The notes: generated by a model not told the origin, from the letters alone. A stretch of 64,000 nucleotides of DNA from Actinomycetota bacterium (GCA_030650795.1 JAUSDJ010000031.1:283413-347412); one strand, 5' to 3'; positions 10,726 to 20,511 are shown, numbered from the stretch's first letter. Made by a program: numbers and translations.

Positions 10726-11928
10726 ATGACTGCACGCGTTTCTGCCCGCATTGCCGCAATCACCGAATCGGCCACTTTGGCCGTTGATGCAAAGGCCAAG
10801 GCCCTGAAGGCCGCCGGCCGTCCCGTCATTGGATTTGGTGCGGGCGAGCCGGATTTCCCGACTCCTGACTACATCGTTGCCGCGGCAATCAAGGCCTGTT
10901 CGAATCCGAAATGGCATCGCTACACACCTGCGGGCGGTCTGCCTGAGTTAAAAGAGGCTGTGGCATTCAAGACCAGGCGTGACTCTGGCTATGAGGTCAC
11001 TGCGAATCAGGTTCTGATCACTAATGGTGGAAAGCAGGCGCTCTACAACGCCTTTGCCACATTGCTTGATCCAGGCGACGAAGTGCTGCTGCCCGCGCCC
11101 TACTGGACTACATACCCAGAATCCATTCGCTTGGCTGGTGGACTTCCGATTGAAATCCTGACCGATGAAACTTCCGGCTATCGCGCAACTATCGATCAAC
11201 TGGAAGCTGCACGCACAGCGCGCACCAAGGTGCTCGTCTTCGTCTCGCCGTCGAACCCGACTGGCGCGGTCTACTCCCCCGCTGAGGTCAAAGCCATTGG
11301 CGAGTGGGCAGTCGAGCACGGCATTTGGGTTGTGACTGACGAGATCTACGAGCACCTCGTGTACGGCGATGCAGAGTTTGCATCGATGCCCGCACTCGTG
11401 CCTGCGCTCGCCGACACCTGTGTCGTCGTCAACGGTGTGGCCAAGACCTATGCCATGACCGGCTGGCGGGTGGGCTGGATGATCGGGCCTGCAGACATCG
11501 TGAAGGCAGCAACCAACCTTCAGTCACACGCAACATCAAACGTCGCCAACGTCTCGCAGATTGCTGCGCTCGCTGCAGTCACTGGCGATTTGTCGGCGGT
11601 TGCCGAAATGAGGGCGGCCTTTGACCGACGACGCAAATTGATCACCGGCATACTCGATGCGATTCCCGGAGTCACCTGTCCGCTGCCGGAGGGCGCGTTC
11701 TACGTGTATCCATCCGTCAAGGCACTGTTCGGCAAGAGCCTTCGCGGGCAGCAACTGACCTCGTCGGCACAACTTGCCGGGTTGATCTTGGACGAGGTAG
11801 AGGTTGCTGTTGTACCCGGCGAAGCCTTTGGCACTCCTGGATATCTGCGTCTGTCCTATGCCACCAGTGATGCCGACATCACTGAAGGCGCCGCCCGGAT
11901 AGCCGCACTACTGGACGAGCTCAACTAG
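10726..11928 (+). CDS. aspC: PLP-dependent aminotransferase class I/II (aspartate aminotransferase-like)
   Basis: [45 protein letters not shown]. Confidence 0.9.
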   Translation: MTARVSARIAAITESATLAVDAKAKALKAAGRPVIGFGAGEPDFPTPDYIVAAAIKACSNPKWHRYTPAGGLPELKEAVAFKTRRDSGYEVTANQVLITNGGKQALYNAFATLLDPGDEVLLPAPYWTTYPESIRLAGGLPIEILTDETSGYRATIDQLEAARTARTKVLVFVSPSNPTGAVYSPAEVKAIGEWAVEHGIWVVTDEIYEHLVYGDAEFASMPALVPALADTCVVVNGVAKTYAMTGWRVGWMIGPADIVKAATNLQSHATSNVANVSQIAALAAVTGDLSAVAEMRAAFDRRRKLITGILDAIPGVTCPLPEGAFYVYPSVKALFGKSLRGQQLTSSAQLAGLILDEVEVAVVPGEAFGTPGYLRLSYATSDADITEGAARIAALLDELN

Positions 11929-12941
11929 TCGAGCGAACAGCCAACCAGTCGGACCTCAGGCTGAAGTTCAATGGCGAAAGCTGCCAGCACTCGTTCGCGC
12001 ACAACACGTGCAAGTTCAAGAATGTCGGCGGCAGTTGCCTCACCCCGGTTGGTCAAAGCCAAGGTGTGCTTGTTCGAAATGCGCGCTCGCTCGTTGAGTC
12101 CAAAGCCAGGTTCAATGCCAGCGTGTTGAATCAGCCATGCTGCACTGAGCTTCACGCCATTGCGCGCCGGGTAACGCGGACAGTCAGCAGGCAGTTGTGC
12201 CGCAACTTCATCGGACACTATTGGATTGGTGAAGAAGGAGCCCGCACTCCAGGTGTCGTAATCAGTTTCGTCGAGCACCATTCCTTTGGATCTGCGCAAG
12301 CGCACTACGGATTCACGGATGCGCGAGGGCAGCGCGGTATCCCCGACTTCGAGATCAAGCAGTTCGGCAAGTTGGTCGTAGCTGATGCGACTCAAGCCCG
12401 TGCGCGCCAGGGCAAAAGTCACAGCCAAGACAACCCAGCGATCAGGCAGTTCTTTGAAGATGCTGCCGCGATATGTGAAGCAACATTCTTGTGGAGACAG
12501 ATCACGCTGCTGTTGTTCCTGGCGATCCCAGACGCGCACACTTGCGATGAGATTGCCGACCTCAACTCCGTAGGCACCGACATTCTGAATAGGCGTTGCC
12601 CCGACATCTCCGGGGATTCCAGACAGAGCTTCCAGCCCGTGAGCACCAGAGCTCAAGCAAACAGACACAAGTCCATCCCAGGGTTCACCGCATGCAGCAG
12701 TCACAAACACTAGATCGCCGATGTCCTGGTGATGGATACCGCGGAGTCTGGTGTGGACTGCTAGCCCAGCAAAGCCCTCGTCAGCGACGAGCAGGTTGCT
12801 CCCCCCACCAAGGAGCAGCACTGGTGTCCCAACGGCATCAGCCTGTTGAACGGCTTCGATCAGTTCTGCTTCATTGGCAGCGACCACGAATCCGGCTGCC
12901 ATGCCACCTACGCGCAGGGTGGTGTGATCCGCAAAACGCAT
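11925..12941 (-). CDS. murB: UDP-N-acetylenolpyruvoylglucosamine reductase
   Basis: [50 protein letters not shown]. Confidence 0.95.
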   Translation of the reverse strand: MRFADHTTLRVGGMAAGFVVAANEAELIEAVQQADAVGTPVLLLGGGSNLLVADEGFAGLAVHTRLRGIHHQDIGDLVFVTAACGEPWDGLVSVCLSSGAHGLEALSGIPGDVGATPIQNVGAYGVEVGNLIASVRVWDRQEQQQRDLSPQECCFTYRGSIFKELPDRWVVLAVTFALARTGLSRISYDQLAELLDLEVGDTALPSRIRESVVRLRRSKGMVLDETDYDTWSAGSFFTNPIVSDEVAAQLPADCPRYPARNGVKLSAAWLIQHAGIEPGFGLNERARISNKHTLALTNRGEATAADILELARVVRERVLAAFAIELQPEVRLVGCSLD

Positions 12942-12960
12942 GGGCCAAGACTAGAGACCG

Positions 12961-13383
12961 CTAGGCAAGACGAACGATGGCCTGCGCGCGTCCGAGGACA
13001 GTTTGATCCTGGCTCTTGCATGTGATGGCGATCTTCACGCAGCGATCATCGAGCAACTCGGTGATCTTCGCGGATACCGCCAGCACAGTTCCGACATCGT
13101 CATTGGCTACGACGACAGGGCGGGTGAAGCGCACGCCGTATTCGATCACTGCCCCGGGATCACCAATCCAGTCAGTGACCACGCGAACGGCCTCAGCCAT
13201 CGTCAGCATGCCGTGGGCGATCACATTTGGCAGGCCAACCTCAAGGGCAATGCGCTCGTTCCAGTGAATGGTGTTGAAATCGCCAGACGCGCCCGCGTAC
13301 TTGACCAAGGTAAGACGATCGACCGTGTACTCGGCTTCTGGCAGTTCAGTGCCAACGGCGATGCTGTCAAAGCTCACGCTCAT
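12961..13383 (-). CDS. MaoC-like dehydratase (HadB-like)
   Basis: YAGASGDFNTIHWNE...VIAHGMLTM; conserved position downstream of rpmG. Confidence 0.88.
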   Translation of the reverse strand: MSVSFDSIAVGTELPEAEYTVDRLTLVKYAGASGDFNTIHWNERIALEVGLPNVIAHGMLTMAEAVRVVTDWIGDPGAVIEYGVRFTRPVVVANDDVGTVLAVSAKITELLDDRCVKIAITCKSQDQTVLGRAQAIVRLA

Positions 13384-13829
13384 GATTCTTCGCCCCGCGA
13401 GACGAGCATGGACGTCGCGGTGGCCACCGGCTCGCCGGCAACGGTCGTGATGATGCCCTTGGTGGTGATCATGTCGTTACCAGCCATTGAGCGAATATTC
13501 TCAATGACTGTTGTCACGATCAACTCATCTCCGGCGCAGATCGGGCGGGTGTAGGCAAAGGATTGCTCGCCGTGGACGACGCGTGAATAGTCCAGGCCAA
13601 GTTCTGGATCAAAGAGAGCCGCATTTGCGGCTTCCAGTGAGAGCACGATTGCGAATGTGGGTGGCGCAATGACATCGGCGTAGCCCAAGGCTCGCGCGGC
13701 GTCAGGGTCAAGATAGGCAGGGTTGGAGTCACCCACTGCCCGCGCAAATTCGCGGATCTTCTCGCGGCCAACCAAATATGAGGGGCCTGCTGGATAGGTC
13801 CGCCCGATGAATTCGGGATTCAGCGCCAT
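13380..13829 (-). CDS. MaoC-like dehydratase N-terminal family (HadA-like, UPF0336)
   Basis: VGREKIREFARAVG, APPTF, VVHGEQSFAYTRPI; ATGA overlap with HadB-like gene. Confidence 0.88.
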   Translation of the reverse strand: MALNPEFIGRTYPAGPSYLVGREKIREFARAVGDSNPAYLDPDAARALGYADVIAPPTFAIVLSLEAANAALFDPELGLDYSRVVHGEQSFAYTRPICAGDELIVTTVIENIRSMAGNDMITTKGIITTVAGEPVATATSMLVSRGEES

Positions 13830-13850
13830 GAGTTGCTGAACGAAATCCGG

Positions 13851-14018
13851 TTAGCGGGTTTCCTTGTGAACAGTGTGCTTGTTGCAGTTCATGCAGTGCT
13901 TCTTCATCTCCATGCGGTCAGGATCGTTACGACGATTCTTCTTGGTGATGTAGTTGCGGTGCTTGCAGTCCTCGCACGCCAAGGTGATCTTGGGTCGAAC
14001 GTCGGAAGCCTTAGCCAT
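13851..14018 (-). CDS. rpmG: 50S ribosomal protein L33 (zinc-binding CxxC form)
   Basis: [55 protein letters not shown]. Confidence 0.97.
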   Translation of the reverse strand: MAKASDVRPKITLACEDCKHRNYITKKNRRNDPDRMEMKKHCMNCNKHTVHKETR

Positions 14019-14091
14019 GATCGTCTCTTTCTGACTGGTCGTGCCTTGTCGAACCTGAATCGTACGTTGCAATGAGCATGGAGCTCACCAG

Positions 14092-14164
14092 TAGCGAGGG
14101 CCGGACTTGAACCGGCGACACAGCGATTATGAGCCGCTTGCTCTACCAACTGAGCTACCCCGCT
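14092..14164 (-). tRNA. tRNA-Met (CAT), probably elongator (Ile2 not excluded)
   Basis: Cloverleaf AGCGGGG...AGCGG CTCATAA TCGCT...TTCAAGT...CCTCGCTA; Thr-Met-rpmG cluster. Confidence 0.9.
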
Positions 14165-14200
14165 TTAGGCGGCAAAGACGGGAGTCGATGCTGCCTTACG

Positions 14201-14273
14201 GGCCCCCATACGGAATCGAACCGTAGACCTTCTCCTTACCATGGAGACGCTCTACCAACTGAGCTATGGGGGC
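14201..14273 (-). tRNA. tRNA-Thr (GGT)
   Basis: Cloverleaf GCCCCCA...TCTCC ATGGTAA GGAGA...TTCGATT...TGGGGGC. Confidence 0.95.
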
Positions 14274-14286
14274 ACAAAGCCCCGCA

Positions 14287-14315
14287 AGCCTACACGGCGA
14301 TATGAGCCAGTCGAA
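14287..14315 (-). promoter_or_regulatory. Putative promoter of tRNA-Thr-tRNA-Met-rpmG (TTCGAC-17-TAGGCT)
   Basis: Hexamers on minus strand 13 nt upstream of tRNA-Thr. Confidence 0.5.
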
Positions 14316-14374
14316 ATCGTGCCTCAACCCGATGCGATCACGTGGATCCAAGGTCAAGGCCTCACACTATGCAC

Positions 14375-15304
14375 ATGCCTTGGACCGCCGCAGACATGCC
14401 AGATCTGCACGGTCGTCGAGCTGTGGTGACCGGATCCAATGGCGGTATCGGCTACTTCACAGCACTTGAGTTGAGCAAGCACGGAGCTGCGGTGACTCTG
14501 GCCGTGCGCGATGTGGCCAAGGGCCAATCCGCCGCGACGCGTATGCATGCTTCTGGAGCCAGTGGGCTTGTCGTGCAAGAACTCGATCTGGCCAGTCAGG
14601 CAAGCGTGCGCAGATTCGCTGATCGATGGAGCCAGGACAATCCGAGCGGCTTGGATTTACTGATCAACAATGCCGGAGTCATGGCGATCCCCCGCAAACT
14701 GAGCCGCGACGGCTTTGAGTTGCAGTTCGCTACCAACTATCTGGGCCACTTCACCCTCACTGCGCTGTTGATGCCAGCCCTGCTGGCTCAACCACAGGCT
14801 CGCATCGTCAATGTCACGTCCAATGCTCACCGATTTGCTCGATCGATCGACTTTGACGACCTCCAGGGTGAGCGCAGATACCGGCGCTGGACGGCCTACG
14901 GACAATCCAAATTGGCACAACTGCTCTTCACCAATGAGCTTCAGACTCGCCTGGATCGTCTTGGCAGTTCTGCAAAGGCGATGGCTGCCCATCCCGGCTA
15001 TGCGGCAACGGCTTTGTACGTGGCCCCGCTGCACTTGGGAAAGTTTCCCTTCGTCACCAGCGCCATGACGCAGGTGGGCTCAGTCATCGGACAATCAGCC
15101 GCGATGGGCGCTTTGCCAAGCCTGTATGCGGCCACCGCCTCAGATCTCCACGGCGACAGCTGCATCGGTCCCAATGGCGCGGGTCAGTGGAAGGGCAATC
15201 CCCAACTCGTTGATCGCTCGGCTGCTGCGATGGATGTGAACGCAGCAATGCGGCTTTGGAATGTCAGTGAAGAAATCACCGGCATTCACTTTCCTTTGGA
15301 CTAG
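14375..15304 (+). CDS. Short-chain dehydrogenase/reductase (retinol dehydrogenase-like)
   Basis: VTGSNGGIG, LINNAGVM, YGQSK (YxxxK), AHPGYAAT; start uncertain (14342/14369/14375). Confidence 0.9.
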   Translation: MPWTAADMPDLHGRRAVVTGSNGGIGYFTALELSKHGAAVTLAVRDVAKGQSAATRMHASGASGLVVQELDLASQASVRRFADRWSQDNPSGLDLLINNAGVMAIPRKLSRDGFELQFATNYLGHFTLTALLMPALLAQPQARIVNVTSNAHRFARSIDFDDLQGERRYRRWTAYGQSKLAQLLFTNELQTRLDRLGSSAKAMAAHPGYAATALYVAPLHLGKFPFVTSAMTQVGSVIGQSAAMGALPSLYAATASDLHGDSCIGPNGAGQWKGNPQLVDRSAAAMDVNAAMRLWNVSEEITGIHFPLD

Positions 15305-15565
15305 TCAGACCTTGCGGCAGAAGAACTCCACGGCAATGCCGTCTGGATCGCGAGCCGTCACTGCCCAGCCGTAGTCGACATCCTCAACGGGATCGTGGGG
15401 GAACTCGAGCTCATCGAGTCGATCGGCCCAGCCGCGCACTGCAGCTTCCGATGGGCAGGACAGCCCGATGTGATCCAAGCCCACGCGATTGTGATCAAAG
15501 CGATCTGAGAGTTGGGTGGACTCATGCTTGGTGAACACGATGATGATTCCGTTTGGCCATTGCAA
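15305..15565 (-). CDS. VOC/glyoxalase family protein, apparently N-terminally truncated (single module; possible pseudogene)
   Basis: RFDHNRVGLDHIGLSC...ARDPDGIAVEFFC; in-frame TGA 13 codons upstream of the TTG start. Confidence 0.6.
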   Translation of the reverse strand: MQWPNGIIIVFTKHESTQLSDRFDHNRVGLDHIGLSCPSEAAVRGWADRLDELEFPHDPVEDVDYGWAVTARDPDGIAVEFFCRKV

Positions 15566-15670
15566 TCGGATTCTCGACCACGTGCGTGCCTCGCGTGCAG
15601 CTCAGACATGGTTCGCGAGCATGCCATGGATTCCACCTTGGCCAGTTCCATCACCCCGTAAAGTCCAACC

Positions 15671-16384
15671 ATGAGCATCCCGGGTCGGATCGCCCTTGTA
15701 GGCAGCGGCGAATATCTGCCTGTGATGCAGGAGATTGAGGGCTGGCTTCTCGAAGGTCGGCCAAAGCGTTACGTCCAGCTCGCCACCGCCGCAGCCCCAG
15801 AGGGGGACGAATCCCTGAGCCGCTGGCACGAACTCGGGAGCTCGGCATCCCAAAGGCTTGGCGTTGAACAGGTCATTGTCGATGTTCGCGACCGCGTTGA
15901 CGCCGATGAAGACCAATGGGTGCAAGCGATCGCCGGTGCTGGACTCATCTATCTCTCCGGTGGCAATCCAGCCTACTTAGCCGACACTTTGCGCGGCTCC
16001 AATGTGTGGCAGGCCATTGTGCAGGAATGGCGCAATGGCGCTTCTCTTGCCGGGTGCAGCGCTGGAGCCATGGCAATGGGCGGTGCGGTGAATGACTTCA
16101 GACATCCCCGCAAGGGTGGGGTTGAAGGCCTAGGAGTACTTCCCGAAGTGCGCGTGCTTCCCCATTTTGATCGCTTGACCCAATGGATGCCCGACATCGC
16201 GCTGCGCCCATTCGCCGCCAAGGGAGCAATGACCTTGGGCATCGACGAGGACACCGCACTTCTTGGCGAGAGCGATGGAAGTTCCATGTGGCACTTCCGG
16301 CCGCGCGGACGCCTATCTGCTTGGCGAATTGAATCGTCAGGCAAGCATCGCATCGAGGACTCCGTGCAACTGCGCGTCAACTAG
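15671..16384 (+). CDS. Peptidase S51 family (cyanophycinase/dipeptidase E-like)
   Basis: IYLSGGNP, GCSAGAM (Ser), LPHFD (His), GIDEDTA (Glu). Confidence 0.85.
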   Translation: MSIPGRIALVGSGEYLPVMQEIEGWLLEGRPKRYVQLATAAAPEGDESLSRWHELGSSASQRLGVEQVIVDVRDRVDADEDQWVQAIAGAGLIYLSGGNPAYLADTLRGSNVWQAIVQEWRNGASLAGCSAGAMAMGGAVNDFRHPRKGGVEGLGVLPEVRVLPHFDRLTQWMPDIALRPFAAKGAMTLGIDEDTALLGESDGSSMWHFRPRGRLSAWRIESSGKHRIEDSVQLRVN

Positions 16385-17651
16385 CTCCCTCGACCCTGCC
16401 CCGAACCTCTCGCTCACGCTGAGCATGCGCGTCGGTCTGGACGTTGTACTTCCATAGAGTCGGCGTAAGCACCGCCGCGATTATCACGCCAGCCACACAC
16501 AGCAGTCCGCCGCTGGCAAAGGAGAAGCGCAGGGAAGTGACCGACGCAACCGTGCTGCTGCGGACTTGGCCAAGCAACGGACCGACCGAATAGCTCAGCA
16601 TCTCGATGCCAGCCATCCGGCCGCGCACTCCGTCGGGAATTGTCTGATTCCAGATCAGTGTGCGGAACAGACCACTGACCATGTCTGCCGCCCCCGCTAA
16701 CACCAGCAGAATCAGAACCCACCAGATACCGGGGGCCACGCCGATCAAAGCGATGCACAGTCCCCAAAGCGCAGCGGAGAAGACCACCAGGCGTCCATGT
16801 CGATTGACACGTGAGGTCCAGCCACTGGTCAAAGTGACGAGCAGCGCACCCACAGCTGTTGCTGCATAGAGGAAGCCGAGCGACCAAGGCGCATCGAACT
16901 GCTCGGCGACAAAAGGGAACATCGCCACCGGAAAGGCGAAGATCATGGCGATCAGATCGATGATGTATGTGCCAAGAAGATCACGCCTGCCGTAGGCATA
17001 CTTCACTCCTTCGAGAATATGGCCAATGCTCGCCTTCTCAACAACCTCCAACAACGGTCCAAGGCTCCGCAGCCGGAACAGGAAGATGGCAGAGACTGCG
17101 TAGGAGATCACATCGACCCCATAGGCGAAGCCGACGCCAGCAACGGCGATCAGCAAGCCGCCAATGGCTGGTCCGATGATCGAACCGAGCGTGTACTGCA
17201 CCATGCGCAGAGCACCTGCCGCAGGCAATTCTTCATGCGATACCACCCTCGGGATGATCGCATTCATGGACGGACGCTGGATTCCTTGATTAGCTGCCAG
17301 CACAAAAGCCACGAAGTAGATCACCCAGAGATGCGGATCAGACATCAACGAGTTCAGGCACAAGACGCTCAGCAGCAACAGCGCGACCACTTCGGTGATC
17401 AACACGATCCGACGTCGATCAAGGGTGTCCGCCAGCGCACCGCCATACAGACCGAAGACGACTAGCGGCACGAGTTGCACCAGGCCTACGGCACCAACGG
17501 CAAAGAAGGATCCCGTCAGATCAGCAATCTGGAAGGGGATGGCGACATAACTGATCATCGAGCCCAGGTAGGTGACCATCCCGCTCACGAACAGGTTGCG
17601 GAAGTCCTTGGAGGTACGCAAGGGCGTGATGTCGATACTCAACTTGGGCAC
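16377..17651 (-). CDS. MFS transporter (DHA3/EntS-like)
   Basis: About 12 TM; GGALADTLDRRR motif A; IPDGVRGR. Confidence 0.88.
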   Translation of the reverse strand: MPKLSIDITPLRTSKDFRNLFVSGMVTYLGSMISYVAIPFQIADLTGSFFAVGAVGLVQLVPLVVFGLYGGALADTLDRRRIVLITEVVALLLLSVLCLNSLMSDPHLWVIYFVAFVLAANQGIQRPSMNAIIPRVVSHEELPAAGALRMVQYTLGSIIGPAIGGLLIAVAGVGFAYGVDVISYAVSAIFLFRLRSLGPLLEVVEKASIGHILEGVKYAYGRRDLLGTYIIDLIAMIFAFPVAMFPFVAEQFDAPWSLGFLYAATAVGALLVTLTSGWTSRVNRHGRLVVFSAALWGLCIALIGVAPGIWWVLILLVLAGAADMVSGLFRTLIWNQTIPDGVRGRMAGIEMLSYSVGPLLGQVRSSTVASVTSLRFSFASGGLLCVAGVIIAAVLTPTLWKYNVQTDAHAQREREVRGRVEGAS

Positions 17652-17683
17652 TCGCGCAGTCTGTCAGTTCGCCCGAGAATGCA

Positions 17684-17719
17684 CTGTGGGGTCCGTCAGA
17701 ATTTCGACGAACCCCACAG
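17684..17719 (-). terminator. Hairpin terminator downstream of tRNA-Tyr
   Basis: ctgtggggttcgtc-gaaattct-gacggaccccacag, 14-bp stem with one G:U. Confidence 0.7.
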
Positions 17720-17726
17720 CCTTGTG

Positions 17727-17809
17727 TGGCAGGTGAAGGATTCGAACCTTCGGAGGTATTAACCGGCGGATTTACAGTCCGCTCCCATTGGCCGCTCGGG
17801 CAACCTGCC
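17727..17809 (-). tRNA. tRNA-Tyr (GTA)
   Basis: 83-nt cloverleaf with long variable arm; GCGGA CTGTAAA TCCGC. Confidence 0.96.
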
Positions 17810-17918
17810 ATGCTCCCCTTGCGGGCAGCGCGGGAAACAATACACGCGCATGTTTCTGGGCGGGACCATGCAGGATGGCACTCGCGATTCGGCACAATGG
17901 CGGGGTTGAGGAGGAGCT

Positions 17919-18410
17919 ATGGCAGACAGCAGTTTTGACATCGTGTCGAAGGTGGATCGGCAAGAGGCCGACAACGCCTTGAATCAGACGGCAAAGGAAT
18001 TGGCGCAACGATTCGACTTCAAGAACACCGATACCACCATTGAGTGGAAGGGTGAACTCGGCGTTGAAATCACTTCGGGAACTGAAGAGCGAGCCAAAGC
18101 CGCCCTTGATGTCTTCAAGGAGAAGATCATCAAGCGTGGCATGAGTTTGAAGAGCTTTGAAGCTGAGGATCCTCGCTCCTCGGGCAAGGAGTACAAGATC
18201 ACCGGAACCTTCAAGGCCGGGATCAATCAGGAGCAGGCCAAGAAGCTCGGAAAACTGATCCGTGACGAGGGGCCCAAGGCCGTCAAGGCTCAGGTGATCG
18301 GCGAGGAGCTGCGCATCACCAGCAAGAGTCGTGATGATCTTCAGGCCGTGCAGGAGTTAGTGCGAACAGCCGAGCTGGATTTCGCAACTCAGTTCGTGAA
18401 CTACCGCTAG
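17919..18410 (+). CDS. yajQ: YajQ family nucleotide-binding protein
   Basis: [23 protein letters not shown]...RFDFK...KSRDDLQAV...FVNYR. Confidence 0.95.
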   Translation: MADSSFDIVSKVDRQEADNALNQTAKELAQRFDFKNTDTTIEWKGELGVEITSGTEERAKAALDVFKEKIIKRGMSLKSFEAEDPRSSGKEYKITGTFKAGINQEQAKKLGKLIRDEGPKAVKAQVIGEELRITSKSRDDLQAVQELVRTAELDFATQFVNYR

Positions 18411-18722
18411 CTACAGCGCTCGACGAGCCAGATCCTCGCGATCACTGACGAGTTCCGCGCGCGAATGCACCGACAGTCCTGCAACCTGGCTCCAGCTGAG
18501 TGCATCGGTTGGGCAGACGTCAATGCAGATGCCGCAGTACATGCACAGCGCGTAATCGATGCGGAAGGCATCGAGCACGTGCACGGTCTTTGGCCTGCGG
18601 CCTTCCGTGAGCTGCTCGGTATGCCGCTCGATTTCGATGCACACGCTGGGACAGTCACGCACGCAAATCAAGCATGAAGTGCAGGAATCCTCATGCAGGC
18701 CAATGGATTCTCGGACACTCAT
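18411..18722 (-). CDS. nuoI2: NuoI-like 2x[4Fe-4S] protein (short paralog)
   Basis: CTSCLICVRDCP and CMYCGICIDVCP; LDAFRIDY. Confidence 0.85.
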   Translation of the reverse strand: MSVRESIGLHEDSCTSCLICVRDCPSVCIEIERHTEQLTEGRRPKTVHVLDAFRIDYALCMYCGICIDVCPTDALSWSQVAGLSVHSRAELVSDREDLARRAL

Positions 18723-19063
18723 GACGGCACTGACTTACGCAAGGGCGGCGGGTCGGGGAAGAATCGGTGCAGAAGCGGACGTTGATCAGTGAGACCAGCG
18801 AAGCCAATGCCGAACATCTCCAGAGTCTCGCGCTCATACCAAGCTGCGCCGGCATACAGGCTCGTCAGTGATGCAACTTCGACCGAGACTGCTGTGGTGA
18901 CCAATGCCGACCGAGACTGTGACTGGTCCGTGACGCGTGCGACAACATCGACGTGGTCCCCACGATCGATGGCAGTCAGAAAGTCGAACCAGCCCAGGCC
19001 TTCAGACTTCAGTTGCGCGAAATGCTGCAGCCACACCTCTGAATCAATCCTTGTCGGCATCAC
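18719..19063 (-). CDS. nuoC2: NuoC-like protein (short paralog)
   Basis: FDFLTAID, SLTSLYAGAAWYERETLEMFGI, RPLL, PLRK. Confidence 0.85.
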   Translation of the reverse strand: MMPTRIDSEVWLQHFAQLKSEGLGWFDFLTAIDRGDHVDVVARVTDQSQSRSALVTTAVSVEVASLTSLYAGAAWYERETLEMFGIGFAGLTDQRPLLHRFFPDPPPLRKSVPS

Positions 19064-19473
19064 AGCGTTGGCACCAAGGCGAGCACACCATCAATAATTC
19101 GCCGGGGATCAGGTGGACAACCTGCGACATAGCCAGAGGTCTCCACGAGATCGGTGATGCCCTTGCGGACGGGCAGCGCATCCCAATACGGTCCGCCCGA
19201 GCTTGCGCAGGCGCCCACGGCAATGGCCAGCCGGGGCTCCCGGATTGACTCCCATTGAGCCTGTACCGCAGGCGCCAGAAGCTCAGTGACCGTGCCTGCA
19301 ACCAGAAGCACATCTATCCGGGCAACGCAGTCCTGAGGACTCTCGCGCGAAAGCAAACCCAAAGTCACAGCTGAGCCCACTTCGAGTGCGCAGCAGGCCA
19401 GTTCGCTCACATGGATGCGGATGGTCGGATCAGCGACAACGCGATACATCTCGGGGGCGAGTTCGGCGAGCAT
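19060..19473 (-). CDS. nuoB2: NuoB-like Fe-S protein (short divergent paralog)
   Basis: LACCALE, VAGTVT, GACASSGGPYWD, GCPP. Confidence 0.85.
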   Translation of the reverse strand: MLAELAPEMYRVVADPTIRIHVSELACCALEVGSAVTLGLLSRESPQDCVARIDVLLVAGTVTELLAPAVQAQWESIREPRLAIAVGACASSGGPYWDALPVRKGITDLVETSGYVAGCPPDPRRIIDGVLALVPTL

Positions 19474-19503
19474 CCACCGAGCGTAGCGAGGTGGTGGAGG
19501 GGA

Positions 19504-20499
19504 TCAGCCCGTGCGCGAAACGACGTAGTCGCACAGTTGCTCAAGGGCTTCCCGAGGAGCGCCCGCGGGCAATTCCACCAAGGACTTACGCGCATCATCG
19601 GCCCACCGACGAGCCTCAACCTGAGCCTCCTCCAAAGCGCTGTGCTGGCGCAGCAGTGCGAGCGCCTCGGCGTGCTCAATCGGATCCGGAAGTGGTCGCG
19701 AGAGCAGTTGTTGCAGTCTGCTGTCCGCAGTATCTGTGCTCGACAGTGCGATAAGCACCGCAAGAGTTGGAACTCCCTCGCGCAGGTCGGTTCCCGGAGT
19801 CTTGCCCGACTGCTCAGATTCAGAAGTGATGTCGACAAGATCGTCAGCGAGCTGGAATGCCACACCGATGCACTCGCCAAACTTGGTGAGCACCTCAACG
19901 GTCAGTTCGTCAGCACCGGAAAGCATCGCGCCGAACTGGCCAGCAGTTGCAATCAACGAACCAGTCTTGTCGGCCAGCACCTGCAAGTGATGCTGCACCG
20001 GATCAGCGCCATCGATCGGACCGACCGTCTCGCGAATCTGTCCGATGCACAGCCGTTCGAAGGTGCGGGCTTGGATGCGAACTGCCGAAGGACCGAGGTC
20101 GGCGAGGATGTCAGAGGCACGAGCAAAGAGAAAATCACCAGTGAGAATCGCGATCGAGTTGTCCCAACGAGCATTGGCCGAATCAGCACCGCGGCGCATC
20201 TTGGCCTCGTCCATCACATCATCGTGATAAAGCGTTGCCAGATGAGTCAGTTCAACAACCACGGCCGCTTCGATGACTTCTTTGCGCCTTGGATCCCCGA
20301 ACTGCGCAGCCAGCAAAGTCAGCAGTGGGCGGAAGCGCTTGCCACCCGCATCGACTAGGTGCGTTGAAGTCTCTGTGACAAATGGGTAGTCGCTCTTGAT
20401 CGCCTCATGCAGGGCGGACTCCACCTGCGCCATGGCCGAGGTGAGGGATGCCTCCAGCTCAGGATCGCCCGAAAGCAGATCCATGGGTTGAGAACTCAT
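19504..20499 (-). CDS. Polyprenyl diphosphate synthase (menaquinone side chain)
   Basis: GGKRFRP, HDDVMD (FARM), FQLADDLVD (SARM), GKTPGTDLREG. Confidence 0.93.
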   Translation of the reverse strand: MSSQPMDLLSGDPELEASLTSAMAQVESALHEAIKSDYPFVTETSTHLVDAGGKRFRPLLTLLAAQFGDPRRKEVIEAAVVVELTHLATLYHDDVMDEAKMRRGADSANARWDNSIAILTGDFLFARASDILADLGPSAVRIQARTFERLCIGQIRETVGPIDGADPVQHHLQVLADKTGSLIATAGQFGAMLSGADELTVEVLTKFGECIGVAFQLADDLVDITSESEQSGKTPGTDLREGVPTLAVLIALSSTDTADSRLQQLLSRPLPDPIEHAEALALLRQHSALEEAQVEARRWADDARKSLVELPAGAPREALEQLCDYVVSRTG

Positions 20500-20511
20500 G
20501 GTTACACGCTA

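Noticed and set aside
14201-14273. tRNA-Thr with A32 and a C73 discriminator
   Set aside because: A32 is normal for actinobacterial tRNA-Thr(GGU), and ThrRS is largely indifferent to N73.
14342-17651. Accessory genes between tRNA-Thr and tRNA-Tyr as an integrated element
   Set aside because: No integrase and no duplicated tRNA 3' end were seen, and composition looks similar to the flanks.
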